This document shows, piece after piece, positions 10,488 to 20,344 of a DNA stretch of 64,000 nucleotides. Each line of letters opens with the position of its first letter. Positions within the stretch are counted from its first letter, which is position 1. The position numbers and the translations under genes were made by a program. The notes beneath the pieces are model-generated. The model did no database searches, was not told where the DNA came from, and was given only the letters and a program-made list of their open reading frames with translations. Source of the DNA: Tepidisphaera sp. (GTDB lineage: Bacteria > Planctomycetota > Phycisphaerae > Phycisphaerales > UBA1924); assembly GCA_050916045.1 (NCBI GenBank), contig CP051526.1, forward strand, positions 736,001 through 800,000, read 5' to 3'.

Positions 10488-10507
10488 ACAACACCCTTCG
10501 GCTTGCT

Positions 10508-11698
10508 TTAGCATCCTGTTTCGTACCCCGCCACGAACGCATCGTAATCAAAGAAATCCACGAACCCGTCGCCCGTCATGTCCGCGTCCGCCCGCCCCGC
10601 CGGACACCCCGAACCCTCGTAGCACCCGACGTAAGCGTCGTAGTCGAAGAAGTCGACGAACCCGTCGGCGTTGAAATCCGCATCGCACTCCGGACCCACC
10701 GGCCCCGTCACCACCAGCGACACCACCCGGTTCACGCTCAACGGATCCCCGTCATCCACGATCCCCACCATCGCATACCCGCCGCCCGCGAGTTCCGGCC
10801 CCAAGCACAACCCCTCGACGTTCGTGTGACCCCCGCGGTAAAGCTGCCGCTTCAACACCGGCGTGTGCGACTCCAGCAGCGATCCAACCGCCGTCGTGTC
10901 CGTCGCCCCGCTCACCGTCGCTTCATAGATCCGCGTCTCAAAGAACCGCGCGAAGTTGTTCGCGAACGACCGCTCCATCGCCACCAGCCGGCCGCTCGGA
11001 AGCGCCACCATCGCGACAAGTCCGCTCCGGCCGCCGGTGATCGCGCCCGCGTGCATCGGCGCCGTCAGATACCCCACCTGCAAACCCGCCGCCGCGGTGC
11101 TCGGCGTCACGTCAAAGCACTGGATCCGCACACGCGTCCCCGCGCTCGGCGTCGACACGCCGCCATCCACCGTCAGTGCTTCCTCGTTGGCGATCCAAAG
11201 CGAACCATCCGCGCCCAGCGTCATGGCTTCGAACCCGAAATTCGCCCGACGATTCCCGTAGACCGCCGGAATCGCAACCGACCTCACCAGCGATCCATCC
11301 GCCAGCGCATACTCATGCACCCCCGGACCCGTCTCCTCGCACACCAAAACCGTCCCCCACGGCGTCAGCACAAGGTCCTCATGGTCACGCGACTGCGCAA
11401 GCGTCAGCCCGCCCGTGATCGCCGCCGACGTGATTGACCCGTCGCCCGCGAGCACGATCCGAAGCCGCACCAGCTTGTCCGAATTGTCCATCACCGCCCA
11501 GTACGTCTCGCCCCCCGCATACGTGATCCCGCTCAACCCCGTCACCGCAAAAGCCCTGCCCGCTTGGTCCGTCGCGCTCGTGCCGAGACTCGCATCGTTC
11601 CGGAACGAGACTGCCAGGTCCTGAGCCAACGCGCACGAACACGCGGAAGCCGCCAGAGCCCCGGTCATCCACGCACGCTTGAGGGTTCCTCTTCTCAC
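10508..11698 (-). CDS. Phytase-like esterase (beta-propeller) family protein with GC-type dockerin-like domain
   Basis: GLSGITY, DHED, N.GFEAMT, ERSF, NVEGL, VDD motifs; ends ...YETGC; start estimated. Confidence 0.8.
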   Translation of the reverse strand: MRRGTLKRAWMTGALAASACSCALAQDLAVSFRNDASLGTSATDQAGRAFAVTGLSGITYAGGETYWAVMDNSDKLVRLRIVLAGDGSITSAAITGGLTLAQSRDHEDLVLTPWGTVLVCEETGPGVHEYALADGSLVRSVAIPAVYGNRRANFGFEAMTLGADGSLWIANEEALTVDGGVSTPSAGTRVRIQCFDVTPSTAAAGLQVGYLTAPMHAGAITGGRSGLVAMVALPSGRLVAMERSFANNFARFFETRIYEATVSGATDTTAVGSLLESHTPVLKRQLYRGGHTNVEGLCLGPELAGGGYAMVGIVDDGDPLSVNRVVSLVVTGPVGPECDADFNADGFVDFFDYDAYVGCYEGSGCPAGRADADMTGDGFVDFFDYDAFVAGYETGC

Positions 11699-11800
11699 GC
11701 CACGATGGTATCGGACGCATCCGCCCGCCGGTACAGAACCGGGTACGAACACGCCCATTTTCAGGCCAGACGAGCCGCTCAAGCGTCCGAAAGCGCCCGT

Positions 11801-12589
11801 TCAGCCGAGCAACAGCCGGGCGAAAGCCGCCCACGCCGGTGTCGGGCCGATCGCCACGATCCCCGCGTTGAGCGCGATCAGCGCCGCCATCCCGCCCGCG
11901 AACCACCGGTCCACCGACCGCGTGATCGCGCACCGGATCGCCACAAGCACCACGCCAAGCACCAGCGTCCAGAAGAACGGCCCGAACACCCGCTCCCACA
12001 CCGTCCCCGCGTACAACGCGTTCAGCGGGTCGATCCGGCTGATCGCCGCCGACATCGCGCTCAGCGTCGCCAGAAGCATCATCGGCCGGTGAGCCTGCGG
12101 CTTCTTTCGGTAGTACACGTCCAGCGCGACGAACCCCGCGAAAATCCACGCCGAGATGAACGGCACCGACATGAACTCCCGCGGCGACAATCCCCAGATC
12201 TTCATCTCCGCCGGCGTCACGCTCGCTGAACGCACCGCCACCCATATCCCAAGCACCAGAATCAAAGCCGCGAGCACCGCCCCGATCTTTCCCATCAGCA
12301 TGTGCCACGCGTGCTTGCGGCCCACGATCAGCACCGGCTGCACAATCAGCAGAACAAGCCAAAGCGTCATCGACACGCCGTGCGCGATCACCACCCACTT
12401 GATCGGCGGCGTGATCGGCCGGTTCGGATACGCCCCGCCCTCCAGATAGAACCGGTTGAACCCGATGAACGCAAGCACCAGCATCAGCGCCGCCGCTCCG
12501 CTGTAGAAGTACCGAACGGCGGCCGACGTCGAATGTGAACCGCTGCGAGAAGCTGCAAGAACTCCAGGTTGTGATTGAATCGTGGTCAT
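11801..12589 (-). CDS. Integral membrane protein with conserved His residues (unknown function)
   Basis: About 7 TM segments; HG...W..L..VQ, HM..GK.G and HR..MLLAT patterns. Confidence 0.75.
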   Translation of the reverse strand: MTTIQSQPGVLAASRSGSHSTSAAVRYFYSGAAALMLVLAFIGFNRFYLEGGAYPNRPITPPIKWVVIAHGVSMTLWLVLLIVQPVLIVGRKHAWHMLMGKIGAVLAALILVLGIWVAVRSASVTPAEMKIWGLSPREFMSVPFISAWIFAGFVALDVYYRKKPQAHRPMMLLATLSAMSAAISRIDPLNALYAGTVWERVFGPFFWTLVLGVVLVAIRCAITRSVDRWFAGGMAALIALNAGIVAIGPTPAWAAFARLLLG

Positions 12590-12748
12590 GCATCAAGGAA
12601 GACGCAACCCGCGCTCGCGTGCATCAACCGCATGTCCATCCCGCCTAGGCTCGAAAATCGCCTGAAACGAGGGAATTCAGACAGGAAATCGCACCCGCGG
12701 TCGTCCCGCGCGCACGTAGCCGTCGCAGCCCGCTTCACCGGCCCGGGG

Positions 12749-14218
12749 TTATCCCCGAATCACCTTCTCCGCTTCCGCAAGCACCCGCGCCGCGCTCGCT
12801 TCGTCCGGCGCCTCCGCGATCAGCCGCATGATCGGCTCGGTGTTGCTCGCCCGAACGTGAAGCCACGACCGCGAGCTCTCAAAGTCGATCCGCACTCCGT
12901 CCTGCAGATCCACGCGCTCCGACGCGTACGCCTTCGCGAGCTTCTCCACCGCAGGCCTCGCGTCATCCTTCGACGCCAGATCGACCTTCCGCTTCACGAT
13001 CGCGTAGCTCGGCATCCCGCTCACGATCTCCGAAAGCTTGCGCTTGCCGTTCTCCAGCAGCGACAAAATCAGCCCCATCCCCGCAACCGAATCGCGCACG
13101 TACGCGACGCGCGGCCAGATGATCCCCCCGTTCCCCTCCCCGCCCACCGACGAACCGTGCTCCTTCATCGCCGACACCACGTTCGCCTCGCCCACCGCCG
13201 TGCGGATCACCCGCGCGCCGTACCGCGCCGCCACATCGTCGATCATCCGGCTCGTCGAGAGGTTGACCGCCATCGCGACGTCCTCCGTCGCTTCGCCCCG
13301 CTTCCGCATCGCTTCCAGGATCGCCATCGCCGAGAGCGCAAGCGTGTACTCCTCGCCGATGAAGTGCCCGCGTTCATCGATGATCGCAAGCCTGTCCGCG
13401 TCCGGATCCTGCGCAAACCCCACATGTGCCTCGGATTCCCGTACCGATTCCGCAAGCATCGAGAGGTTCTCTCGGATCGGCTCCGGCGTGTGCGGAAACA
13501 CCCCCGTCTCCTCGCACCCGATGTGCAGGATCTCCTGCACGTTCATCCCCTCGAGCATCATCGCGCCCACCGCCGCTCCCGACGAGTTCACCGAGTCCAG
13601 CACGACGTTCAGCCCCTCGCCCAGCCCCTCAGGGTCCTCGCTCACCCCCGCTTCGCCCAGCGCCTCAAGCACGCGGCGCACATGCACCAGCGACCCGCCC
13701 TCCTCGGTCTTCACCCCGCGAAGCTTGTCCCACGCTTTCCCCGTCGGCCCCGTCGCACGGAACCGCTCCAGAATCTGGTTCGCGATCGCCGCCGGCGGCG
13801 CCGCCGCGGATGACCCGAAAAGCCCCGACTCCGTCCGAAGCAGGCACTTGAGCCCAAGCCACTCCTGTGGATTGTGCGACGCCGTCAGCTCCATCCCCGC
13901 CACCACCTCGCCACCCTCATGGTGCGTCAGCCGGGCCGCCATCTCGTCCGTCATCACCGCCGTCGTCGGCGTCGACGACACCCCAACGTCCAGCACCGAC
14001 ACCCCGGCCGCCAAAAGCCCGGCCGTCGCCGCATGGTGCACAAACGCCCCGCCCGCCCGGCCATCCCGGCCGACGACAACCGTCACCGGCCGCCCCTTGG
14101 CGGACTCGACCAACCAGGACCCAAACGCACCGGCGAACTTGGTGCACACTTCGGGCGTCAACGAAGATCCGATAACTCCGCGAAGCCCGCTCACACCCGT
14201 CATCAGCGCCGAACTCAT
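12749..14218 (-). CDS. glmM: Phosphoglucosamine mutase / alpha-D-phosphohexomutase
   Basis: SGLRG, GRDGR, TASHNP, DPDADR, GGEGNGG, RASNTEP; exact substrate is uncertain. Confidence 0.85.
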   Translation of the reverse strand: MSSALMTGVSGLRGVIGSSLTPEVCTKFAGAFGSWLVESAKGRPVTVVVGRDGRAGGAFVHHAATAGLLAAGVSVLDVGVSSTPTTAVMTDEMAARLTHHEGGEVVAGMELTASHNPQEWLGLKCLLRTESGLFGSSAAAPPAAIANQILERFRATGPTGKAWDKLRGVKTEEGGSLVHVRRVLEALGEAGVSEDPEGLGEGLNVVLDSVNSSGAAVGAMMLEGMNVQEILHIGCEETGVFPHTPEPIRENLSMLAESVRESEAHVGFAQDPDADRLAIIDERGHFIGEEYTLALSAMAILEAMRKRGEATEDVAMAVNLSTSRMIDDVAARYGARVIRTAVGEANVVSAMKEHGSSVGGEGNGGIIWPRVAYVRDSVAGMGLILSLLENGKRKLSEIVSGMPSYAIVKRKVDLASKDDARPAVEKLAKAYASERVDLQDGVRIDFESSRSWLHVRASNTEPIMRLIAEAPDEASAARVLAEAEKVIRG

Positions 14219-14360
14219 GGCCTTCCTCCTCGGTACTCGATGTCTTACTGCTTGGTGCCGAGGGTACGCGCCGAACTTGCGGCCCGGCACAGACTTCACG
14301 CAAGGTACGTGCCTTGTTTGGTCTATCACCCCACCCGTCCCGCCTAGCGTCCCTCTCGCC

Positions 14361-14747
14361 ATGTATGAAATCACCGTCGAAGCCGACTTCTCCGCCGCCC
14401 ACGCGATCGTCATCGCGGGGACGCGCGAGCCCGTCCACGGCCACAACTGGCACGTGGTGGTGACCATCGCCGGTGACGCACTCGACCCCGACGGGCTCCT
14501 CTGCGACTTCCACACCGTCCAGGGAATGCTGGACGGCTTCATCGACCCCTTCCGAAACCGCAACCTCAACGACACGCCGCCCTTCGACCGCACCAACCCC
14601 ACCGCCGAACTTGTCGCCAAGCATCTGGGCGACCGGCTGGCCGAGTCCCTCAACCCCTCCCTCGCCCCCGCCGCATGGGTCGCGAGCGTCCGCGTCACTG
14701 AAGCCGTTCGGTGCCGCGCCACGTACCACCTCAGGAGGCCCTCGTGA
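14361..14747 (+). CDS. 6-pyruvoyl-tetrahydropterin synthase / QueD family protein (ExxHGH, PTPS-III-type active site)
   Basis: FSAAH, EPVHGHNW, DF, LND, NPTAE and V.VTE motifs; stop overlaps the ppk1 GTG (GTGA). Confidence 0.88.
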   Translation: MYEITVEADFSAAHAIVIAGTREPVHGHNWHVVVTIAGDALDPDGLLCDFHTVQGMLDGFIDPFRNRNLNDTPPFDRTNPTAELVAKHLGDRLAESLNPSLAPAAWVASVRVTEAVRCRATYHLRRPS

Positions 14748-17005
14748 CCTCTGCGTCCTCACTCCCGCCCAACAACCCGCCGAGCGGCTCCGCGGGCACC
14801 CCAGGCTCCGCCCAGCCCCGGCCCGGCGACAAGCCCCTTCGGCTCGCTCGACCCGACGGACGCAACACGCCCGGCCGCGTCATCGTCGATGACGACGCCC
14901 GCCTCTTCAACCGCGACGTCTCCTGGCTTGAGTTCAACCGCCGCGTCCTCGCGCAAGCTTCCGACCACCGCACGCCCCTCCTCGAGCGCGTGAAGTTCCT
15001 CGCGATCTTCACCACCAACCTCGACGAGTTCTTCATGAAGCGGGTCGGCCTGCTCAAGCGCTGGGCCCAGATGGGCGCCGCCTTTCCCGCATCCGCCGAC
15101 GGCCTCTCCCCGCGCCAGCAGCTCGCCGCCATCCGCGGCATGGTCACCAACCTCCAGGCTCAGCAGGTCGCGCTCTACCGCAACGAGATCCTCCCCGCCC
15201 TCGCCGCCGAGGACATCCACGTCCTCCGTCTCCGCGATCTCTCCCCGCGCGATCAAGCCGCCGTCTACGAGTGGTACCGCACGCACGTCTTCGCCAGCCT
15301 GACGCCCCTCGCGGTCGACCCGAGCCACCGCTTCCCCTTCATCTCCAACCTTTCCGACAACCTCGGCATCATGGTCCGCCCTCCGGCGGCCGTCAAAAAC
15401 GTCCCAAGCCTGGATCCCGACGAACTTCAGTTCGCCCGCGTCAAAATCCCGCCCGCGATGAAGCGCTTCGTCGCCGTCCCCGGCTACGGCAAGAACTCCC
15501 GCCGCGTGCACCGCTTCGTCTACCTCCACGACGTCATCCGCCAGCACCTGGATGAGCTCTTCCCCGGCGTTGATATCCGCGAGCGCGCCGTCTTCCGCGT
15601 CACCCGCTCCGCCGGCGTCCAGCGCGACGAGATCGAGGGCGACAACCTCCTCGAATCCGTCGAGCTTGACCTCAAGCAGCGCCGCTTCGCCCGCGTCGTC
15701 CGCCTCGAAATCGAGCCCGACGTCTCCTCCGACCTCTCGAACTACCTCCTCGACAAGCTCAGCCTTGACGCGCAGGACATGTACGAGCATCCCGCCGACG
15801 AATACGACAGCCTCTTTGAGCTCTACGACATCGACCGCCCCGACCTCAAGGAGCCACGCTGGCGCCCCGTCACCCCGCGCCGCCTCACCGATCCCAAAGC
15901 CAACATCTTCGCCGCCATCCGCAAGCAGGACATCCTCGTCCATCACCCCTACGAAAGCTTCAACGACTCCGTCGTCCGCTTCATCTCTTCCGCCGCCGTT
16001 GACCCCGACGTCGTCACCATCAAGCAGACCCTCTACCGCACCAGCCCCGACTCACCCTTCGTCCAGTCCATGATCCGCGCCGCCGAAGCCGGCAAGCAGG
16101 TCGCCTGCCTCGTCGAGCTCCGCGCCCGCTTCGACGAAGACAAGAACGTCCGCTTCGCTCGCATGCTTGAGAAAGCCGGCGTCCACGTCGCCTACGGCGT
16201 CATGGGCCTCAAGACCCACTGCAAGGTCGCGCTCGTCGTCCGCCGCGAGCCCCGCGGCCTGCGAAGCTACGCCCACATCGGCACCGGCAACTACAACCCC
16301 AAGACCGCCGGCCTCTACACCGACCTTGGCCTCCTCACCTGCGACCCCGACATCACCGCCGACGCCGTCACCCTCTTCAACTCCCTCACCGGCGTCGCCG
16401 TCCCCCAGGAATACGAACACCTCCTCGTCGCGCCCTTCAACATGCGCGACCGCTTCGTCTCCATGATCGAACGCGAGATCGCCCACGCCAAAGCCGGACG
16501 CCCGGCTCGCATCATCGCCAAGATCAACTCCATGGAGGACCGCGACGTCACCGAAAAGCTCTACGAAGCCAGTCGGGCCGGCGTCCAGGTCGACCTCATC
16601 GTCCGTGGCTTCTGCTGCTTGCGCCCGGGCGTCCCCGGCCTCTCCGAGAACATCCGCGTCGTCTCCGTCGTCGGCCGCTTCCTCGAACACTCCCGCGTCT
16701 TCCACTTCTCCGCCGGGCAGGAGGACCCGCTCGACGGTGAGTGGTACATCGGCTCTGCCGACTGGATGTACCGCAACCTCAGCAACCGCGTGGAGTGCGC
16801 TGTGCCGGTCCGCGACACCGACGCCCGCCGCCGCTTGCTGCAGCTCTTCGAGGTCATGCTCGCCGACCACCGCCACGCGTGGGACCTCGGCCGCGACGGG
16901 TACTACACCCCCCGCACGATCCTTGAGGATGCCCCGACCGACTCGCCCGAGCGTCTGGGCACGTTCACGACCCTGATGCGCGACATCTCCAAGCCGGCCC
17001 GGTAA
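14744..17005 (+). CDS. ppk1: Polyphosphate kinase 1
   Basis: NRDVSWLEFN.RVL, NLDEFFMKRV, HHPYESF, LKTHCK, GTGNYN, GRFLEHSR, SADWMYRNL. Confidence 0.97.
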   Translation: MTSASSLPPNNPPSGSAGTPGSAQPRPGDKPLRLARPDGRNTPGRVIVDDDARLFNRDVSWLEFNRRVLAQASDHRTPLLERVKFLAIFTTNLDEFFMKRVGLLKRWAQMGAAFPASADGLSPRQQLAAIRGMVTNLQAQQVALYRNEILPALAAEDIHVLRLRDLSPRDQAAVYEWYRTHVFASLTPLAVDPSHRFPFISNLSDNLGIMVRPPAAVKNVPSLDPDELQFARVKIPPAMKRFVAVPGYGKNSRRVHRFVYLHDVIRQHLDELFPGVDIRERAVFRVTRSAGVQRDEIEGDNLLESVELDLKQRRFARVVRLEIEPDVSSDLSNYLLDKLSLDAQDMYEHPADEYDSLFELYDIDRPDLKEPRWRPVTPRRLTDPKANIFAAIRKQDILVHHPYESFNDSVVRFISSAAVDPDVVTIKQTLYRTSPDSPFVQSMIRAAEAGKQVACLVELRARFDEDKNVRFARMLEKAGVHVAYGVMGLKTHCKVALVVRREPRGLRSYAHIGTGNYNPKTAGLYTDLGLLTCDPDITADAVTLFNSLTGVAVPQEYEHLLVAPFNMRDRFVSMIEREIAHAKAGRPARIIAKINSMEDRDVTEKLYEASRAGVQVDLIVRGFCCLRPGVPGLSENIRVVSVVGRFLEHSRVFHFSAGQEDPLDGEWYIGSADWMYRNLSNRVECAVPVRDTDARRRLLQLFEVMLADHRHAWDLGRDGYYTPRTILEDAPTDSPERLGTFTTLMRDISKPAR

Positions 17006-17113
17006 GGGCCCCCCGCGAGCCGGGGCGTGTCCCCCCGCCTTTCAGCCTTTCTGGGCCACTCGTCGCCCTTCGCGCCGCCCCTCGCGCCGGAGGCGTGGTA
17101 CCGTCCCCGCATC

Positions 17114-17959
<846 letters not shown>

Positions 17960-17965
17960 TCCCCC

Positions 17966-18268
17966 ATGCCCACGTACGTGTACGAAATCCTGACCGCCAA
18001 GGGCGAACCCACCGGCGAGACCTTCGAGATCACCCAGTCCATCAAGGACGACGCTCTCACCAAGCAGCCTGGCACCGGCAAGCCCGTCCGCCGGGCCATC
18101 GTCGCCGCCCATATCGCCGGCAAGTGGTCCCCCATCAAGGGCAAAAACACCCTCTCGAACAAAAACCTCGAACGCATGGGGTTCACCAAGTACGAACGCA
18201 AGGGCAACGGCTACATGGAACGCGTCGCCGGCAAACAGGGCCCCCAGACCCTCCGCGCCGACGACTAA
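17966..18268 (+). CDS. FmdB-family-like small protein lacking the zinc-ligand cysteines
   Basis: MPTYVYE...FE..QSIKDD.LT..P..G.PVRR follows the FmdB pattern but contains no Cys. Confidence 0.75.
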   Translation: MPTYVYEILTAKGEPTGETFEITQSIKDDALTKQPGTGKPVRRAIVAAHIAGKWSPIKGKNTLSNKNLERMGFTKYERKGNGYMERVAGKQGPQTLRADD

Positions 18269-18291
18269 CGAGCCCGCAGCGCCAGCAAGGG
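18265..18291 (+). repeat. REP-like motif, copy 1 (CTAACGAGCCCGCAGCGCCAGCAAGGG)
   Basis: Near-identical to the copies at 19316 and 42685; includes the stop codon of the FmdB-like gene. Confidence 0.65.
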
Positions 18292-18410
18292 GCGACGCGA
18301 GATGTGACACGAGGGGCGTGGGAAACATCCAAAGCCCCGCGGCCATCGAATACGCTCAGCACTGGCGGTTGAGTCCCGGTCGAGAACGGTGGGGGAGTCA
18401 GGGAAACCAA

Positions 18411-19319
18411 ATGTCCAAAAGCACAACCCCGCGTCGGCGGGCCGTGGAGATCCTGCCCGTGGCGAAAGCACCCGTCAAGTCCGCTTCCAAACAGCCCGCG
18501 AAGAAGCCCGCCGCGGCTTCCTCCGCTCCGGCTTCCATGCCCGACGTCCAGTCCAACGCCGACACCCGCAACATCGCGATCGACCGCGTCGGCGTCAAGG
18601 AAGTCACCTACCCCATCCGCCTCCGCAACAAAGCCGGCGGTGAACAGACCACCGTCGCCAAGATCAACATGTACGTCAGCCTGCCCCACACCAAAAAAGG
18701 CACGCACATGTCCCGCTTCCTCGACGTCCTCAACGAGGAAACCGCCGAGCCCATCACCCCAGAACGCATCCCCGCGATCACCCGCGCCATCCGCGACCGC
18801 CTCGAAGCCGACGACGCTCACTTCGAGTGCGAGTTCACCTACTTCATCAAGAAGCAAGCCCCCGTCACCAAGCGCGTCGGCCTGATGGACTACCGCGTCC
18901 GCTTTGAGTGTTCCTCCAACGCCAAGGACGACTTCATCCTCGGCGTCAGCGCCCCCGCAACCTCCCTCTGCCCCTGCAGCAAGGAAATCTCCGACTACGG
19001 AGCCCACAACCAGCGCTGCCAGATCGAAGCCCGCGTCCGCTTCGACGGCATGCTCTGGATCGAAGACCTCGTCACCATGCTTGAAAGCGCCGCGAGCACC
19101 CAGGTCTTCGCCATCCTCAAACGCCCCGACGAGAAGTGGGTCACCGAGCGTGCTTTCGAGAACCCCAAGTTCGTCGAGGACATCGTCCGCGACCTCGCCG
19201 TCACCCTCAACAACGAGCCCCGCATCACGTGGTACCAGATCAACTCCGAAAACTTCGAGAGCATCCACAACCACAACGCCTACGCCCAGATCACCAGAGA
19301 CAAGAAGCGCAAACGCTAA
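18411..19319 (+). CDS. folE2: GTP cyclohydrolase IB (FolE2)
   Basis: MPDVQ, IDRVGVK, KGTHMSRF, TSLCPCSKEIS.YGAHNQR, KRPDEK, NPKFVED, ESIHNHNA; start could also be at the MPDVQ Met. Confidence 0.95.
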   Translation: MSKSTTPRRRAVEILPVAKAPVKSASKQPAKKPAAASSAPASMPDVQSNADTRNIAIDRVGVKEVTYPIRLRNKAGGEQTTVAKINMYVSLPHTKKGTHMSRFLDVLNEETAEPITPERIPAITRAIRDRLEADDAHFECEFTYFIKKQAPVTKRVGLMDYRVRFECSSNAKDDFILGVSAPATSLCPCSKEISDYGAHNQRCQIEARVRFDGMLWIEDLVTMLESAASTQVFAILKRPDEKWVTERAFENPKFVEDIVRDLAVTLNNEPRITWYQINSENFESIHNHNAYAQITRDKKRKR

Positions 19320-19342
19320 CGAGCCCGACGCGCCAGCGAGGG
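19316..19342 (+). repeat. REP-like motif, copy 2 (CTAACGAGCCCGACGCGCCAGCGAGGG)
   Basis: Includes the folE2 stop codon; direct repeat of 18265-18291. Confidence 0.65.
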
Positions 19343-19404
19343 TGATGGACGCCCGTCTTCAGGGCGCGCATCGGGTTTCAAGCCGGGGCCCGCACTGAAA
19401 AATG

Positions 19405-19434
19405 AATCGGGCCCCGAGAGATCGGGGCCCGATT
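19405..19434. terminator. Hairpin, probable (bidirectional) terminator
   Basis: AATCGGGCCCCGA-GAGA-TCGGGGCCCGATT: 13-bp stem with GNRA loop between convergent genes, followed by a pyrimidine-rich tract. Confidence 0.65.
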
Positions 19435-19534
19435 TCGTTCCTGATTTGTCACCTGTCACCTTTCTCTTCCACTCTTCTTCTTTCACATTCGAGATTTGAG
19501 ATCTGAGATCCGAAGCCCAACGCCCAGTCCCCCA

Positions 19535-20224
19535 TCACCCCATCGCCTCGATCTCCGCGATCGTCTTTCGAAGGTCCTGCCTGACGATTCCCACAACGGT
19601 GTCCTTCTGCCATTCGTGATTCGGAAACGTGGCTCTCGCTCGGACATCCGCGACGAGCAATTCCGGCCAGGGCGAGGGATTGAGCTCCTCGACCCGAAGC
19701 AGCGAAGTCCGCAGGCGAGCACGTTCCGCGGGAGCGTTTCGCGCGGCCACGTCAAACACCCTGACCGCCGAGCACGCGGACTGCAGGAACATCGCGCCCT
19801 TCAGTACCCAGATCGACTCGCTCCGACCCAGTGCGTGCCGGGCGAGACCGACCATGGCTTCGATCCGCTCCACGCAGACGCCGTCGCGACCAAGCTCATG
19901 CTGATATGAAGCGTCCGCACGCAACGCCCGCAGACAGTCGTGGCAGCCGATGATGGCGTCCAAGCTCCACGTCTCGAGCTCCACGGGCGAGACCGGAAAG
20001 ATCGGCGCCGGACCTCGCGATAGCGCGAGCATCGAGGCGAACTCCGGCCCCAGCCCGTCAAGCCCCGCTCGCGTTCGCCGACCCCATCTTGCGCGGAAGA
20101 ACCGGACCAGCCCCGGATCGCATGTCAGCTGAATCTCCCGCGGATCAACAGCGATCACGAGATTCCGCACCGCGCCCAGCCGCTTGGCCAGATCCCACCA
20201 CGTCGCGCGGTCCGCGTCGCTCAT
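19535..20224 (-). CDS. Hypothetical protein
   Basis: ORF with GGAGG shortly before the ATG at 20224; no recognisable motif. Confidence 0.5.
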   Translation of the reverse strand: MSDADRATWWDLAKRLGAVRNLVIAVDPREIQLTCDPGLVRFFRARWGRRTRAGLDGLGPEFASMLALSRGPAPIFPVSPVELETWSLDAIIGCHDCLRALRADASYQHELGRDGVCVERIEAMVGLARHALGRSESIWVLKGAMFLQSACSAVRVFDVAARNAPAERARLRTSLLRVEELNPSPWPELLVADVRARATFPNHEWQKDTVVGIVRQDLRKTIAEIEAMG

Positions 20225-20234
20225 CGCCGCCTCC

Positions 20235-20267
20235 AAAGAAAGCGGGCCCCGTCCAAACGGGGCCCGC
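20235..20267 (-). terminator. Rho-independent terminator downstream of the sigma factor gene
   Basis: Minus strand GCGGGCCCCGT-TTGG-ACGGGGCCCGC followed by TTTCTTT. Confidence 0.65.
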
Positions 20268-20291
20268 GGTTCGTTGCTTTCATTGTCCTGT

Positions 20292-20334
20292 TTGAAATTT
20301 CAGATCTGAAATCCCAAATTTGAAATCTCAGATA
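20292..20334. repeat. Degenerate AT-rich heptamer tandem repeat (TTGAAAT/TCAGAT type)
   Basis: ttgaaatttcagatctgaaatcccaaatttgaaatctcagata; similar to 29852-29914 and ~19487-19511. Confidence 0.55.
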
Positions 20335-20344
20335 CCAAAGCTAC

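Noticed and set aside
7917..10511. Long plus-strand ORF (864 aa) and similar long antisense ORFs (24107-26644, 32265-34340, 35202-37205, 59302-61902)
   Set aside because: Arg/His-rich shadow frames opposite well-supported genes, expected in high-GC DNA.
2020..10690. Recurring GTCGTAGTCGAAGAA-type DNA repeats as a mobile element or CRISPR
   Set aside because: They are the coding sequence of the repeated DFFDYD dockerin-like motif at protein C-termini.
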